Source of the DNA: an uncultured Coriobacteriia bacterium
GTDB lineage: Bacteria > Actinomycetota > Coriobacteriia > Anaerosomatales > PHET01
DNA: 64,000 nt
Direction of reading: 5' to 3'
NCBI GenBank assembly: GCA_963751505.1
Contig: CAVVUM010000005.1
Span: 5,122 to 69,121, forward strand
Shown: positions 62,514 through 64,000 of the stretch, in pieces
Layout of the letters: every line of letters starts with the position of its first letter
How positions within the stretch are numbered: position 1 is the first letter of the stretch
Program-made: the position numbers and the translations under genes
The notes under the pieces: model-generated
Told to the model about the DNA's origin: nothing
Databases searched by the model: none
What the model saw: only the letters and a program-made list of their open reading frames with translations

Positions 62514-63167
62514 GTGAGTGATCACATGCCTGCCGTGCAACGTGTGCCTGCACAGCGCGGCGGCGATGTGGCCCTGGTAAGGGCCGCACAGACGGGGGAC
62601 CAGCACGCGAGCTGCGAGCTGGTGAAGCGATACAGGGGACTGATCCGCTGCAAAGCGCGGTCATACTACTTGGTCGGCGCGGACCGCGACGACATCATCC
62701 AAGAGGGCATGATCGGCCTGTTCAAGGCCATTCGCGACTACGATCCCGGCCGTCAGGCGAGCTTCCACTCGTTCGCGGAGCTGTGCGTCACCCGGCAGAT
62801 CATCACCGCGGTCAAATCGGCGACGCGACGCAAGCACTCTCCGCTCAACGGCTATGTGTCCCTTTCGCGCTCCGCGTCATCCGCCGATGACGACGGGGAG
62901 CGCCTGCTCTCCGACATTCTCGCGGCGCGCGATGTGTGCGACCCCGCCGAGATCGTCATCGGTGCCTGGGAGACCGACTTCATCCGGACCGGTGTCGTGG
63001 AGGCGCTCTCACCGTTCGAGGCCGACGTGCTTCGCTTGTACACGGGGGGCAGTTCGTACCAGGACATCGCGGAGCGCCTCGGTCGTCACACCAAAGCGGT
63101 AGACAACGCCCTGCAACGGGTCAAGCGCAAGATGGAGACACAGATCAAGCGCTGCCGCGCGTGCTAG
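62514..63167 (+). CDS. sigH: RNA polymerase sigma factor, SigH family
   Basis: KARSYYLVGADRDDIIQEGMIGLFKAIRDY, FAELCVTRQIITAVKSATR.KH.PLN.YVS, SYQDIA, VDNALQRVKRK. Confidence 0.92.
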   Translation: MSDHMPAVQRVPAQRGGDVALVRAAQTGDQHASCELVKRYRGLIRCKARSYYLVGADRDDIIQEGMIGLFKAIRDYDPGRQASFHSFAELCVTRQIITAVKSATRRKHSPLNGYVSLSRSASSADDDGERLLSDILAARDVCDPAEIVIGAWETDFIRTGVVEALSPFEADVLRLYTGGSSYQDIAERLGRHTKAVDNALQRVKRKMETQIKRCRAC

Positions 63168-63215
63168 ACGGTGTGGCGGAGGAACGGCGCGGTCGTCTAC
63201 ACTGAGCGACGCTTC

Positions 63216-63292
63216 GCTGGCGTAGCTCAATTCGGTAGAGCAACTGATTTGTAATCAGTAGGTTGCGGGTTCAAGTCCTGTCGCCAGCTCCA
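63216..63292 (+). tRNA. tRNA-Thr (anticodon TGT)
   Basis: GCTGGCG/CGCCAGC acceptor stem, anticodon arm ACTGA-TTTGTAA-TCAGT, GGTTCAAGTCC, encoded CCA. Confidence 0.96.
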
Positions 63293-63303
63293 ATGAGCAC
63301 ACG

Positions 63304-63332
63304 AGGGCTCGGCGCGCGCCGGGCCCTCTCTC
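63304..63332 (+). terminator. Hairpin after tRNA-Thr, between convergent genes
   Basis: GAGGGCTCGGC-GCGC-GCCGGGCCCTC followed by TCTC. Confidence 0.55.
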
Positions 63333-63402
63333 GTTGCCGTGCGATCGGCTCGCGCCTCCTCAGCCCGTCGTTCTCGTTCGCGGATCCACGGGTTGCTGGT
63401 CT

Positions 63403-64000
63403 TCATACCAGAGCACTTCGATGACCTCGACCGGCTTGTCGATGTTCTTCAGCTCGAACTGTCCGTGCGAGTGTGTGGGGGTCTGCAGGCCCGGCTCGGC
63501 CGATCACGGTCGCAGTCGTGAACGTCTGGCCGCCGTCCGCGAGGTTCATGATGCGTGCGGCCACATTGAGCGCGTTGCCTATGAACGGTCGGCCGCCACG
63601 ATCGAGAACCACCTCGCCGTACGCGATCCCGATGCGGACCGTCATGTCGTGTTCGTAGGGATGGTTCCGGTTGTGCTCGGCGAGTACCTGCTGCATCTCG
63701 ATCGCCGCCGCGACCGCCGTGGAGGCGTCGTCGAACGCAGCAATGATGCCGTCGCCGCCCGTCGACTTTCCCTGCCCGCCATGGCGCTGGATCGCGGGCA
63801 GAAGGAGGTCGCGATGGCGTTGTACCGCCTTGGCGGTGAGCGCGCTTCCGTATTCCTCGGTCATGTGCGAGAACGACTTCATGTCGGTGATGAGCACCGT
63901 CTTGACCGAGGTGTACTGCGTCGCCACCTTCTCCTCGGCGGTGGCGATGAGGCGTAGAAGCTCGTCCACATCCTCGTCCTCTGCGGCCATGGTGCTCATC
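63403..64000 (-). CDS. Class III adenylate/guanylate cyclase domain protein (5' end outside window; probable 3' frameshift)
   Basis: VLITDMKSFS, KSTGGDG, VRIGIAYGEV, FIGNALNVAARI. Confidence 0.85.
   Translation of the reverse strand, partial: MSTMAAEDEDVDELLRLIATAEEKVATQYTSVKTVLITDMKSFSHMTEEYGSALTAKAVQRHRDLLLPAIQRHGGQGKSTGGDGIIAAFDDASTAVAAAIEMQQVLAEHNRNHPYEHDMTVRIGIAYGEVVLDRGGRPFIGNALNVAARIMNLADGGQTFTTATVIGRAGPADPHTLARTVRAEEHRQAGRGHRSALV

Overview
High-GC (roughly 68-70% by eye) bacterial chromosome segment. Gene content suggests an anaerobic actinobacterium of the Coriobacteriia/OPB41 (Anaerosomatales-like) type; this taxonomy is inference only. Many genes carry 1-bp indels, including essential ones (lysS, greA, clpC), so I read the frameshifts as long-read assembly errors. 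CDS coordinates below span the stitched frames and some ends are approximate. Layout: (1) 1-7.0 kb, a molybdenum-cofactor/FdhD/sulfur-relay operon. (2) 7.1-14.9 kb, cytochrome b, three multiheme c cytochromes, a TPR protein and an NHL protein. (3) 15.2-19.9 kb, a Tat-exported group-1a-like [NiFe] hydrogenase followed directly by an OmcS-like hexaheme cytochrome. (4) 20-31 kb, surface proteins, including a ~2100-aa cytochrome with a 213-bp tandem-repeat stalk. (5) 31-48 kb, mixed genes: PilT, a ferredoxin/UGA-selenoprotein/DUF362 operon, an MCP, a ~24-heme NapC/NirT-type cytochrome and tRNA-Pro. (6) 47.8-63.3 kb, rex-tatA-greA-lysS and clpC-radA-disA-yacL-ispDF-cysE-cysS-rlmB-yacP-sigH-tRNA-Thr. 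Main finds: a candidate H2-to-extracellular-electron-transfer system (about 80 heme-c motifs in the window); a shared palindrome TTGTAAC-N4-GTTACAA at the cytochrome, hydrogenase and rex promoters (a candidate variant Rex regulon); and a hidden selenoprotein with a SECIS-like hairpin under a CsoR-type operator.
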